Source: a virus. Taken from it: a stretch of 64,000 nt of DNA. This document shows, in pieces, positions 29,701-34,103 of this stretch. How positions within the stretch are numbered: the stretch's first letter is position 1; every line of letters begins with the position of its first letter. Both the position numbers and the translations under genes were made by a program. The notes under the pieces were generated by a model. It was not told the origin of the DNA, made no database searches, and saw only the letters and a list, made by a program, of their open reading frames with translations. The stretch spans positions 17,832 to 81,831 of IMG/VR virus record IMGVR_UViG_3300039098_000035; one strand, 5' to 3'.

Positions 29701-31509
29701 GCCTTCTGTCTGTATTTTGGCGGCTTCATAATCCATAACACGATTAATTAATTGTGATGTACTCTTTACAATTTCAGTAGTACTATATTTATCGAAAGCC
29801 TCATTGAAGTTTTGAGGATCTATTATAAGTTCTCCTAATGTAGATATTAAAGAGTTTCCTAAATTTCCGATGTCTACTCCAGCAGCTTCACGGATGTCAT
29901 CAAACATAACTGATTTATATATCTCGTCACTGTATCCCCATGAACGTGCCATAGCATCTATCATATCAGCAGAATTTCCAGATACAAGTCCTAATAATAT
30001 TGCTTTGTTTCTAGTGGCTCCATAAAGGTTGTCATTGATATCTCCATATAAAGATATGGCTGAAACAAAACTTACATCTTCAGGATTGTCAGGGGCCCAA
30101 GGTAACGCATCATCTATAATTCCTGTAAATGCAGACACACCTTGTAAAGCCATCATAGATAGACCTGCTCTGGCTTGGTTACCTAGTGCACTAGTTGTTA
30201 GCCATTGAGACGCACCATGAATACCAGGTATGTTTCCGATAGCTCCGCGTCCTGATGCCATTGAGTTCAGCATTACAGGAACTCCTAGCATAGTTACAGC
30301 TGCTGCCAGTGTAGATATAGGTCTATTAATAATACCTGCATTTAAATTTTTAATAAACATTTCCTGTGCTTTAGCACCTTCAGGTGAAAGGGATTTACCT
30401 AGGGTTTGTCCGACCAACCAACCTTGGATGGCGCTGACACCTAGAGAAACCACACCACCTATAGTAGATATAGTTGTACCTAATACTCCTACACCTGCTC
30501 CTACACCAGTAAACCAAGAAGAGTACCCCGCTATTTCCATAGCACTCCCAGCTACAGCTACAGAATCACCTAGCAGCGCTAGACTATTAAGTCCTATATT
30601 TAACAAGTCTTTCTGTTCTATACTTTGGGATAGTCCTGCTATTGATAGCCCTAGCGATGCTAGATCTGCAGTAGCTCCGATATAAGGTACAAGCCCTGTA
30701 CCCTTAGTGGCAGCTTTACTTCCAGTTTTTATTATATCTGTTGTAATTCCTGCACTACGTAATGTATCGCCTGTTATATTAGCAGCACGTGCTGCGTCAT
30801 CAGCTGTGTAATATGCCTTGCGTGCTTTTTGCAATGCTTTTTTACCTGCATTGGAATTATTTCTATACTTGTATTTAGTCCATAAATTTTCTACTATGTC
30901 TTGTGTAAGGTTAGCATCTTTGTCCATCATTTCTGCGGCTACAAGAGCGTCTTTTGTACCTAAAAATGCTTCATTTACTTTATTATAATTAGTGATTAAC
31001 GCATCATATTTATCATATACTTTTTTATTATCAGATATTAAACGCATTCGTGAGAATGAACTGTTATGGAACGCAGTACGTTTTGGGTTTAGTTCCCCAG
31101 TCCACCCTGACTTAGGGTTAATAGTATTACTGCTCCAAAATCTTTTTGATATAGGGTTCTTATATTTAAGCCCTAATGCAGGTAGCGTTGCAACGCCACT
31201 GCTTAATAGCGAGCTTACTCCAGCACCTACAACTCCACCTATAATTCCAAATGTATCATATATCCCTGCATCTTTATACGCATACTCTTTACGAATACGT
31301 TCCATATAAGCTTCATTATTTACAGCAAATGGAGATGCTGCCATTTGTTCCAATGTATATTGGAATTGTGAAGCATTGTATGCACCTGCTTGACCGTAAC
31401 CAAGTACCCCGGTATACAGAGGATTCATAGCAGGTCTACTGTATAAGTTAGCAACCTCTAAATGGTTACGGTTATACACATAAGGTTTTCTAGGTTTCAT
31501 TACAGCCAT
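8719..31509 (-). CDS. Giant (7596 aa) virion/ejection polyprotein containing a fused beta-beta' two-barrel RNA polymerase core and DEDD exonuclease motifs
   Basis: Uninterrupted 22.8-kb ORF with AAGGAG RBS. Beta-like GLNLQVGFI..AFEDTLLI, EGNK..GFKGG, IQERGAYG, GLYVIMDADH. Beta'-like IIHGNTG..RRHD..LRLGQ, RSP, GGDNDGD (14152-14172). Exonuclease VLDMET and IIAHNGESFDF. Confidence 0.85.
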   Translation of the reverse strand: MAVMKPRKPYVYNRNHLEVANLYSRPAMNPLYTGVLGYGQAGAYNASQFQYTLEQMAASPFAVNNEAYMERIRKEYAYKDAGIYDTFGIIGGVVGAGVSSLLSSGVATLPALGLKYKNPISKRFWSSNTINPKSGWTGELNPKRTAFHNSSFSRMRLISDNKKVYDKYDALITNYNKVNEAFLGTKDALVAAEMMDKDANLTQDIVENLWTKYKYRNNSNAGKKALQKARKAYYTADDAARAANITGDTLRSAGITTDIIKTGSKAATKGTGLVPYIGATADLASLGLSIAGLSQSIEQKDLLNIGLNSLALLGDSVAVAGSAMEIAGYSSWFTGVGAGVGVLGTTISTIGGVVSLGVSAIQGWLVGQTLGKSLSPEGAKAQEMFIKNLNAGIINRPISTLAAAVTMLGVPVMLNSMASGRGAIGNIPGIHGASQWLTTSALGNQARAGLSMMALQGVSAFTGIIDDALPWAPDNPEDVSFVSAISLYGDINDNLYGATRNKAILLGLVSGNSADMIDAMARSWGYSDEIYKSVMFDDIREAAGVDIGNLGNSLISTLGELIIDPQNFNEAFDKYSTTEIVKSTSQLINRVMDYEAAKIQTEGGIAKTNDIGKLVDNHGIFAHKYGADYRRSQMQRLVHSYIKEGPEGVRKLLMDLTGNNVKDATGKAEYRTIDIDVQYKAIVKMFNEIFTKGTFKYNVGSDAQKTAFQKAYNKYKRIKGRKDLDDESRLFVRGVTRTLGALKEVYKDRADESTLVAKFIQDMDITIDTKNAAIMYSRYAGMRAHMDTIDTVATAITHVTNPVSTAIKGLRFAVGKWVESRRTSTSTKMQAETITNLEKLITNIDTIYKNPQISEALNNKDDVNKSNDTLDDMFKRVANLNEHLDKILSDKAELLSEDVKKEYADIRRDIEESKRLIEKRKRTYEKDKALIDLAPIEYLSGSGIKVRVNKDTLKDIQKEIKLYKDAIERTGQTIEEVVKRRFKNDDLKKYLAQNSAVTYYLYHTKYSTAVNKVLSLLHTANGVMSDTASDLNKTLINLLRLVNVYKAYTNVSTTTAVPGTNVKIKEATMDVSKLLQDYFSKDTKALDELDKIAAMFGIDAAYYYEDAQGVTQKGASLKTILLGKLKVKGNIDIEYRPTLQQAVTKAIYKTLKTSDVSLLMAGIVKVPVNITKPNWRKWDAKKRIDTIRELINKTNLVTEDNVAEVLSGDVLNKIYTNINKIMMSDGIHIERVQLQDLTEAKLQEIVYGKMYGKGNSLFRDKMNAAIKLFTEADKELVTLLQSKKGTDAYEEFKNVLQAEINLVNTLMRKNPTYEFFKSYMYSGRVVKEDISLFMSADVDREILPRIPTKNEVKKIRGTKAVYTETDYINTYKEGTVVKYLLNTRSVTEEAAYILNKHNDNATAVEQRAVTKSVALKEIKSRRKLEQARKERIKGRVDTRLENSKASIVNKIKKKNMFNLIPSIKHSTVVGGKGTTKTVKYVKGILSNKYTTKVVPIEFGVVPSKYIDHNTKDISKLTDYFKVLKVEGRVSKGHYDYVIKMFGQMLDIGDNIKFDWKYLNRVGLKRYPNEVDQAFKVRVLAENYKRGRKISTYVEVNKKQESKYKEMLYKSMYTSVEEYMSTHTNSPYLDIFQLNKDLGFEEEDIDVFIENLINDPDGHFKAGVYEGIFKDAIAKTNEALLTNSFNRTHKKISSIMASIRAYEQKDIVGLSDRYYTLARDVVKAMIIGDAKYDTLIKDIMNYGKLDFNNDTDINKLEVPLFQVMFLLNKYIETDRASKLKLDPGKVTDYGLKNDEVIFTIKTDTGVRTINMFTMLLEYHVNIKDIYGLRIRVGKNKDIKVVQDINNRIEIEYNGLINKYGNLLIEDIVDIPKEAYLRDSTEEDYNLLVDPQYNYLQRSLSLDTFLNTRKRSKAQKDFKANIAEYLKENVTGLYTKATKDILNKKIQTIDVNGKQVAKPKDPDALFALYIMGSKMPEETKQGLFREIFFYKHQVSKGFALDRNITKLQKRLKHSKKILDGFKKNPDKYKVRIKRVGTEVKDLTERISAYTRIQKIAKDAKLKDPVPFFKFLKANPSSISSIIHSTYSTDFEDYAMAFDVKSKKYVVVKRKDINGKLNVNDKNVKGLPNYNTEIGENIIDENDIVYANRLTTHLKATMKGSFEGASFEVRSASDYGITIVTDNKDVFPERVINKIKATIRETQGVANIGKVFILTDEEHGDITKMHKIGKYVNVYKYTTKVVNGKILGEVNPNIINVKGSKVRIEKYLNDINKLISVAKKKKMSIDETVDEFLKYSELKEKHTAINKGTLTNVAFNSSSVYKQLEKDAELEAAFMEFLKYVGADTEFDKYSIDVIANLFFKDEYIRRNSNGDLFDLSKLEDKIDTVKLAELKGITVGSKTLLENIRTALEKMQTKYNASEMSFDFSNVLNQDFLRNLNNVRDTVYDFMHKLKRGHKLHTDMMHILKRKHKEGLEWYITPDEMRERQQALLEVAPPHAKAYIKPYGPNKINQAVKTIIKMQDEFDKKKDGVTLQHRLVSTYKTIRAGHKKKNAHKNARKLGKIRGINYYSLKKLKDLHSTKNTESLLKELDVNVKISDSLKKDIVTALKSTVGDPRRLFMKGMDTSDTSKVEEYIDMFKREVIDTYVDYSLRNIQKVPFMELVMRANFAYSELPESNKLTFNEYYQKLLTEQKDKTKTARSEGPEYFRNIGSVTMDSWITKQVFPAGILDFLSPESYGDLQIVIKELLDAVEYTTFKDKQNYTVDPKTLKEIVPSRFKSIQEYLDSIKDIDVRNATAFFVDIEILKKTTKGYDIAELLTKHNLKDKDFDGAWVRVQGDVFQQAYDILRAGKKHTNRKFENNYEVYHLMGISLLDDNIIFKEAVHDYLFAIKSMDGKSIKLKADAKRIQVKKFLSAFGLEYEEVESLFRNYKTMDSIVSVIQAKFTTTSKMYAFTRVLNELKIQFLFKELGSKWNFKDARYTYRDIVVQGNMRAINDVEITNALGRDYKKDKFDNSVINSIDDSLNFINDARSYADSMNDKLKMVRIPKTDTVNEVIGIDPKYILTAETKMNQVTRNIQRRIYSNVMSKQNSVSPMSKIQHDLNNALADVSFDIIDEDYADDVTQVQSKNKVYNELRELFTDFTRHMRKDFKEKDFIRMQDIGIAFQVLKADNNLIGAYKEELGRYISLIPKHETARIKGLDASLKGILNKFESEGFLANNVKEGFIRGVLGYIIVNKYNVGKAEFADRQERMFTYIKKHLRRKSRLAKQDINNITTMLSGVQDVQKLVNKMYPKESLAAMTPTERKEAEKIIEATKDLKMILLNDLSITNAQTEDTMLIAQSFDDSIRIEETPLAIDYTNTERKMAELETIKKRIVSSQGGLKSSFKFALSDTTVAEEKLKEVEDNVAATTKAVEDLEESYIKLLEDRRNKKQEYLQKIFMNNPTLIKEFIEDTETFVRNKTLAAQKEVDGVRAKKDIGILKEYDRRKALELKRDTLIQSDEGILFRRVRSSKFVTAKDTFNTFKNELAILQITSVAKYKKWYEFIENSIDIIDRDLEATPKIISAKGNTLKWIHHYKGLKKSEDITNKRIDGLDAYLAGFQGIADLKGATLDKNQFAIINRFIYSIDKKYKDNITTAKKNVFETETVGKLTKRDITEILETTTKFKDRVEAQLDSQYASLKLLAGITMDGAAYENIIDAKVLALQASTRTLIRTPKPDMEKHEDEYKTKLIKVHANIAVDTFASKMKIERSKLSDMKANSLRENAIKKSKHLKTSTLLAKTVKDLNNMIKYKPGYTYTKSEELPTDVDTYIDGRLDFSIDKVHNAKVRKDVVSLEKLKANISKTRAALENNNKIVEALDKAKPTSVKKLLMEASNEIKIDNPTINTMDVVTYLSDSDIETMNETLVASRTKIKEAKVLKDKARLRQASYYTYTKGNIAKTEKIQGEIDELSVEAQGYKDSYDKLVEARLLEKPHSNSNLGTYMNLYGFKKGETPEEVALIKEQVLQDVINRTSGLFKGGKETLEELIKDASVSNKVELHNPIMDAIITRLNYVAQMKKLGRKIPEAFIVLDMETIKNNYGVPTPYQMTLVKQVMHKGSPVIKIVNQYISNQMFVAGTEELMQPDGAILITKSKQIEDFYEQQWKIAIKENPTAVRADVDAITAMTIEKVKGQGNDLLFVKTFVDEMNAASKNTPIIAHNGESFDFVYYDKFIQRIANTLLNNMYHKAINSMDADTIEAKLRATGLDWTSKDNLVNMGKERKLIEQYHKAIQEVRKKYNRGMEVTANELDMIDKFYSEILKIMSLKVIKDTQESLSIIQNVEVKEALFTGVNSQIDYINELFFNYVDADTLVSKESIKHELVQYFTKGFSIHSKLEQYKEIEKWVTEELLEKSEKEYLHILSVETILDYNTQTAYESYHNTVVGTVNDALGISKENNSTLAPAKMITNFEVKLKQILQHIEYLKSPASSAPGERSTQLRAEQKDLLDTAVVLEDRISEITTKIVDIENLKEEYIRDIQRATRVIQNFTDTMTYDVNIAVNRELALEISKRDLARTHTTNLGLIQMQMDEQVRGMNIAIKDLTEIANILKTTDIDNEADVKKVLESPKVKAMLEKTLEPEVIKAKSEAAINKLIKGYTDKITNMSKLVTKINKGSDITVSKELTTLLETKLTDVIKDIKTIKDIRVKDLQKSWNKYIHRFLPKANNKIDLTDKDITVELKGMYDSLLTAVPKWQGNTVFNTLLTNTSTTGGIHKVLEVLNTKDTTVGKLETRNISSMVAIAIQKDIAHYEHSIDILKNKTPGDDKSYNASLKSITNKFNEILSKVEVISNVKKEIEYEDIFNILQGRANDITIEDYEGLKAAATKRKDKQFIKDMNVKRVERAYNDYNEGINKSGIGLNPDVVFNTVHETDNGNIITVSVPTPPDKFGNTYVQQYTYNTKYPTKGTVKLAYYYTETDTDLIYKKPLVIERKIKPSELKKLLKTLYIHKDKDGKTVRGLTGLRKENIFTENGIDDAYESINKLVETLKSMQKKGAFKYYKEEADQAKAMKAALEGTVNDKDMKDTSLVKYDLSKLLRHRFYSYLDVIQYAKRKENAGDIHKVYRGIVDTVMSKFSSNDPGKHLNLIPADYSTNYIAKWTAKRAYELGMNLELSAEGSAGSATNIRTQANADKLHTFNTNAIRSILSLSKMHLNYTPIGAINETYVLEDADPSKTFEEHITDYVNKQKGTKKKKLTELLLETYKDDKVVKQVNTYTPNILTQKQFDMYEDDVLHKIGLNLQVGFIDHPDAFEDTLLIDSADARALGWDEGNKTWLGLYGFKGGVKYVEGLRAKFGVSIIGSKSSIQERGAYGAMLDQALDTIRMHMTGAKKVPALKQYNAKLKKMFNVTKGKLILDPGTDYDVVLSELFKGVKGKWRSLIDITFKEDLKVEFVDISKPNSVGEYNFKGMNMYKGGLYVIMDADHTADHMSTKTELTEAGEIKLSVKDIKGSVRGGVSMSPSVTDVMETKDVDWQKALLGGDYKGLSTYSNIYHYGFKKVLAVHGVKDTKGEYNVAETIGNIKDLFNNILVDDIETYLLYKNKLETLKDPREIEQIEVMLEEMENRARNKALEIIHGNTGVMYESIYRRHDGVRQQLLANLRLGQGEIRTSKDGWEAFQDLKGGFLEYGKVDKTIWKKLINGFDIKSAKAQDLVSNDGTTATVKNKKKFIDYLNSIGVTNDKINGVDHTMYTEKDGVFTFENFGQKYGWVVAARSPVQDYNAVPMLKVIGYHTHHAVEANAYLYKLIGGDNDGDTIGMLAVDSHKEIEPGVTQKTLFKNLDATEDNYYDHGYIEKINKKMQTSNKRITFDNVDLRYSSVGKHTFKEIRTHYTWGEIYGSTFDSIQKDIDDADVSKANIKWNNDNRKFFLNVAIRKLTKGANTIDGFKIEDYDNPAKVAAMFKRSKILDIASKYYIFDKLVGAGKYDISKHVSSEDFKYQTLHLSKADNATIREVGIENIMVNADKYKELFLKVANSKVYTDSVLGTVERIQTSKRGINLFGGNRKNRVAASILSRYNSLNRDPEGNVWDPFRGSNGNLTTRSLVTKLLSAKHIAKAKKMNKSKFISLAKKEIGNIADYYTSGNTETYKDMWADDMIKVLGDIHTTINESVRVTEELTSLKDVYDSTDQIGIVAHFNKYYPKDLNVFYKDMLEKITEDHKDHGTVTLSESDKMFIDVFYFGKNIKVAENFTKDKNVKKFIKKAGDNYLDQIIIDRRKLGVQSEDASTIIGLAKHAGRDIDKTVFYNNYNKKVGAKTAEESIRKVTTGVDRNHSRSLAIAMDSNPFEKNGVRISDEVVKARREALNKDMSNTQRKDYYNNETDARINLTKRINEYAKAEFFNDAHFADSIYYEVSDVLEAITKAFNAELPIKQILDKKIKVRGTVKTVNEYMQTLLTYNIPAYRVLRVLTTSYSLYRSVNDTYHLTNHAALSKDKIPFIAKGYGLFAQLITLKSKHERTRLDALLGDEHQAAKDFLLNNKDVDYEYLTMDLEGNVTRKTNTVSNNSIKVPAHYSQEMLSNLSTGSDARNNVANYTKMYNESTPLEQKLFTTYLEEKGIKSIRNQETLDDLLENVKTEFSTLRSIHGDKAEQYDDGIKKLSSNDIKIKIANRNKFSYHNVGNSIREITTAYTMYKQNEQELKELSAELLNIRGKIIHIKDDVTHKDKAIAYIDKNKDVTKHIADLNAKEKEVRSKIKKMKEITAKAAFSKSFSKGTFLLHDPKGRTIFDLYENAPKYIGDDPEFTSKDVQKIKDTNLMNMQKYQTPFLTMASLFKNDDDTYDWDKLFDYYRGNRKFLRLTVVMDAYDNETLVRNLGDQLRKNITEYDNKSNWAKMMPWNIYKHRKTTRFDSFEDIIKYVKDLNKGITKEDGIKINGKRYKTVDLNGIDFKDDVSPTLKEINIKTPEDFARVLKMMEDHMKNNNTTEELSIGFVTLDDFMSSYDIAYKPARLEGKGMIPDLVSSLQYSQKLMMRLSLGFLFRNYMDTWTQIYSELYTQEGLYGTITKAPEILRITGLTGQLYKLYQDVYEERLTVQIDIKSKFEEMQQVFTRIKNNHGSITHNDAITLVKNLVDIRNRIYSYTEGVKKLNNVKSRIKHRSDRATKVLKSLDTLMNFVVKDIVGFKNLKEIEKIEDPTFRFKAKEKLQVLDGRKDIKDSAAFILNINFAEYLTLHDSLMFDPSTPNKPRKRIKKWMEKYNKDKGKKDKPIYNDVEHILFEISAFMQTNAQIDTYKQEHYTYLRRIVEKRVSDNFNNTTDKTYEEVSKEVNDASRTFENKLAELAFQPYKLYANMNETIENTARIGGFLFDRYLYGYSFNETVNRSLKRWFNYGQRTPVETQLLADIPYLSFPIRTVDNWLDRMLDPSYNRLISDIVDGVYGQYADEDGQYDQYEQFQIMNGWLPVGGGVGLRLGFGLYDVQNILNNTAATIEQRRNPILRSLHTLATTKDVGEAMKNLATVGVLTRSANTLGPRNVTPPTPGVRKPVQQRERTLGNTFNFLYNYSEGNNKYTPYKYRNNNGRYKRYENIYKNWFNKYGRMRQPKVDPIGLVKDIQWKQYVRHRQSQAMR

Positions 31510-31548
31510 GGTATCAAGCTCCTTTGTATAGGGTTTATCTCACTACAT

Positions 31549-31590
31549 AGTATACCATAAAAAAACCACCCTTTCAAAGAGTGGTTTTAA
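31549..31590 (-). promoter_or_regulatory. Overlapping intrinsic terminator and sigmaA-type promoter for the giant gene
   Basis: On -: hairpin AAAACCACTC...GGGTGGTTTTTTT. TTGAAA (31577-31572), 17 nt, TATACT (31554-31549) with TG extension. Confidence 0.75.
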
Positions 31591-31594
31591 TTTA

Positions 31595-31933
31595 CTAAAT
31601 CTTTTTGAAATCGCCAGTAGCAGTTTCTTTCATAAACTTAGCATTAGTTTGCGATACTTTGATCTGACGATCAATGTGGTGCAAGTACTTAGTAAGAGCA
31701 TTGTAGTGCCCTTTTGAGAGTTGGAATCTAGATCCATCTACAGGGAACTTACGAAAGTTTCCATTGTATGCTACAGTCACTTGAGTACCAATGTATCTTT
31801 GGTACAGCGGTGATATAGAATACTCTGTAGGTTTGGCTCTATATAACTTAGCATCATTACGTTTAGCTGCATTCTCTCTTGCAGTTACACCCTTAATTAA
31901 TTTGGATGTTAGTTCAAATGTGTCTTTTGCCAT
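31595..31933 (-). CDS. Hypothetical protein downstream of the capsid gene (possible head accessory)
   Basis: 112 aa, AAGGAGG RBS, directly after MCP. Confidence 0.7.
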   Translation of the reverse strand: MAKDTFELTSKLIKGVTARENAAKRNDAKLYRAKPTEYSISPLYQRYIGTQVTVAYNGNFRKFPVDGSRFQLSKGHYNALTKYLHHIDRQIKVSQTNAKFMKETATGDFKKI

Positions 31934-31955
31934 TTGAGTGCTTCCTCCTTTTTAG

Positions 31956-31996
31956 ATTATTTGAGAGTTTAACCTGTACCACTCCCAAGGTCTATA
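31956..31996 (-). promoter_or_regulatory. Intergenic pseudoknot-like RNA motif, copy 2
   Basis: On -: GACCT-TGGGAGT-GGTAC-AGGTT-AA-ACTCTCAA-ATAAT; same layout as 997-1033 with pairing-preserving changes. Confidence 0.55.
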
Positions 31997-32005
31997 GGAC
32001 AACTA

Positions 32006-33838
32006 TTATTTAATGTTAGATAGTGGATCGTTTCCACTGTTTTCTAACACATTAGTCTCTAAACTAATTTTAACTTGTGCTACATCTGTACCGATCCAAG
32101 CTGTGCTTGAATGATTAGCTGTAAATACGTAAGGTACGCCTGCATAAAGCACAGTGTCTCCTATTACATAATCAACGTCAGTAGCGAATACTGGATAAAC
32201 ACCAGCACCATTAATGAATGGAGATAATGGTACGATAGTGTCAGAGTTGACACCGTCAACACGAAGGATCATTTCACCTGCAGTGTTTACTCTATTTGCA
32301 TCTGATGATGCTGCGTCAGGATTTAAATCATCCATTAACGTATACTCACCAGTTAAGAATTGGTCAGTTAACGCTGCAAGCTCAGCAAATTTAGGGATAC
32401 CATATGTAATACAGATTGCTTCAGGACGCTTAATAGCTAATCCAAAACCATCTACTTTAAATCCGATTGATTGACGTTGGTCTAAAGGATCCCCAACACC
32501 ACTTGAACCTAAAGGTTTGATAATCATTTGAGGGGCATCAGAGATACCATCTTGTGCTAATTTCAGCAATGCTTCCATACCGAATAAGATTCCTCTATGT
32601 ACAGGTAATTGCATAAATCCACCTGCATCTATTAATGCATTTACTGCAGCAATGTCAGCAGCTAAGAAAGTACCATCAGTTGTACCGAACGCAGAAGTTA
32701 ACGTACTATAACTAACAGTTCTTACACCGTTAACCATCGATACAGTTTTGGTAGATTTTCTTAAAACAACTTTACAAGTACCCGCAGCACCACCAACAGA
32801 TTCGCCAGTGTATACACAGTCTGTATCTTTAACAATAGTTTTAGTAGCTACAGGAATTTCCCACACAACGTGGTTTTCTACTGCAGTACCATCATCTAAG
32901 TACGAAGTACCTGAGCCAGTTACTTTTGCATGTACTCCACCTGATACAACTACTTCAAACTCTTCATGTACATCCATGTAATAAATAGTATCGCCAGATA
33001 CAGCGTACAATCTAATAACTTCAGTACCATCTGATTTCTCATATACTCCAGGGAACTCAGTGTCAGGATAAGCGAACTCATCTAACATTGTAGGAATAAA
33101 CATTAAATCAAACATTGGGAATGGTTCACCACTACCCCAAAGTTTTCCAGTAGTTTGTTCAAGAGCCATGTATTGCTTAACTCTAGGATCATCAATCAAA
33201 CCATTAATAAATTCTGTACTACAGATGTAGTTGAACTTACCACTGATAGGTTTTACTAACATTCTTTTCATTCTTGCAATTAAGAATCTTAAATCATCTA
33301 ACAATACTTCGTCACCAAATGCAAGATTAGCAAATGATTTAAAGTTTGCAAAGAATTCATTCGGTGATGCTAACCAAGTTTTTCTTGCATATAATTCTTT
33401 TGTTTGGTTGGCAAGGTCACCATAATGTAAAGATCTTTCTGCTACTATTTCTGATATTACAGATAAATTAATTTTATCAGTATACTCACTCCATCTACCG
33501 AACGAGAACACATTCCCAACTTCAATAGTTTCGTAAGCATGTTTATCTGGTGCTGGTGGTACTCCTTCACGCAATGGTCTAAGCGTTGGTGTCATACCAG
33601 CCCATCTACGGAATCTTGCAACTGTATCCCCTTTACGGATACTTAAATTTTCAGCATATTTTAAATGTACAAAGTTCTCTTCACCATATTTTAAAGTGTC
33701 AAGTAAGATTGTATTATAAAATTCGCCTGGTTCAAACGCGGCTCTGTATACGCCATCAGCATCATACAGCATACCTAATACAGTATTTACATTTTGCAAA
33801 TCATGTAAAGGTAGTAATTCGCCAGTGATTACAGCCAT
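32006..33838 (-). CDS. Major capsid protein, N4-gp56-type, with C-terminal carbohydrate-binding-like extension
   Basis: ARFRRW, LREGVPP, IIKPLGSSGVGDPLDQRQSIGFK (typical DPLxQRxxxGxK). C-terminal YVIGDTVLYAGVPY..HSS..W resembles CBM5/12. Confidence 0.85.
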   Translation of the reverse strand: MAVITGELLPLHDLQNVNTVLGMLYDADGVYRAAFEPGEFYNTILLDTLKYGEENFVHLKYAENLSIRKGDTVARFRRWAGMTPTLRPLREGVPPAPDKHAYETIEVGNVFSFGRWSEYTDKINLSVISEIVAERSLHYGDLANQTKELYARKTWLASPNEFFANFKSFANLAFGDEVLLDDLRFLIARMKRMLVKPISGKFNYICSTEFINGLIDDPRVKQYMALEQTTGKLWGSGEPFPMFDLMFIPTMLDEFAYPDTEFPGVYEKSDGTEVIRLYAVSGDTIYYMDVHEEFEVVVSGGVHAKVTGSGTSYLDDGTAVENHVVWEIPVATKTIVKDTDCVYTGESVGGAAGTCKVVLRKSTKTVSMVNGVRTVSYSTLTSAFGTTDGTFLAADIAAVNALIDAGGFMQLPVHRGILFGMEALLKLAQDGISDAPQMIIKPLGSSGVGDPLDQRQSIGFKVDGFGLAIKRPEAICITYGIPKFAELAALTDQFLTGEYTLMDDLNPDAASSDANRVNTAGEMILRVDGVNSDTIVPLSPFINGAGVYPVFATDVDYVIGDTVLYAGVPYVFTANHSSTAWIGTDVAQVKISLETNVLENSGNDPLSNIK

Positions 33839-33849
33839 AATTTTTCCTC

Positions 33850-34014
33850 CTATTTTTATTTTTGATACGGGACATGGATATATAAAAAGCCAGAAATAAA
33901 TACGATAACAAAAGCCGTTATACGATTTTAATTTCTGACATCAGTAATCCATATATAGTCTGCCGAGCTCTATATACTTCGCTCAAGGCACTAAAGTAGC
34001 CCGCTACTATCTTC
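33850..34014 (-). promoter_or_regulatory. Long structured 5' leader of the capsid gene
   Basis: Inverted repeats 33874-79/33947-52, 33891-97/33931-37, 33961-68/33981-90 and 33995-34000/34003-08 between promoter and RBS. Confidence 0.5.
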
Positions 34015-34020
34015 AATTCC

Positions 34021-34060
34021 ATTATATTGGCTTGTAAAGCATTTGTCAAGATGATATAAT
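34021..34060. promoter_or_regulatory. Overlapping divergent sigma70/sigmaA promoters
   Basis: - strand perfect consensus TTGACA (34049-44), 17 nt, TATAAT (34026-21) toward MCP. + strand TTGTAA (34032-37), 17 nt, TG-extended TATAAT (34055-60) toward 34104. Confidence 0.85.
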
Positions 34061-34103
34061 AAATTGTACCAAAATATATTATAAGAGAGAGAGAGGAGAA
34101 ATT

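Noticed and set aside
9725-31309. Numerous + strand ORFs (up to 303 aa, e.g. 24086-24997) antisense to the giant gene
   Set aside because: Ser/Leu/Ile/Phe-rich shadows produced by the codon bias of the real - strand gene; no RBS or motifs recognised. The same applies to antisense ORFs in the fibre, capsid and replication genes.
8719-31509. N4-type (T7-like single-subunit) virion RNAP or tape measure protein
   Set aside because: The motifs found are those of two-barrel polymerases; I saw no T7-type motif set and no long-tail genes that would need a tape measure.
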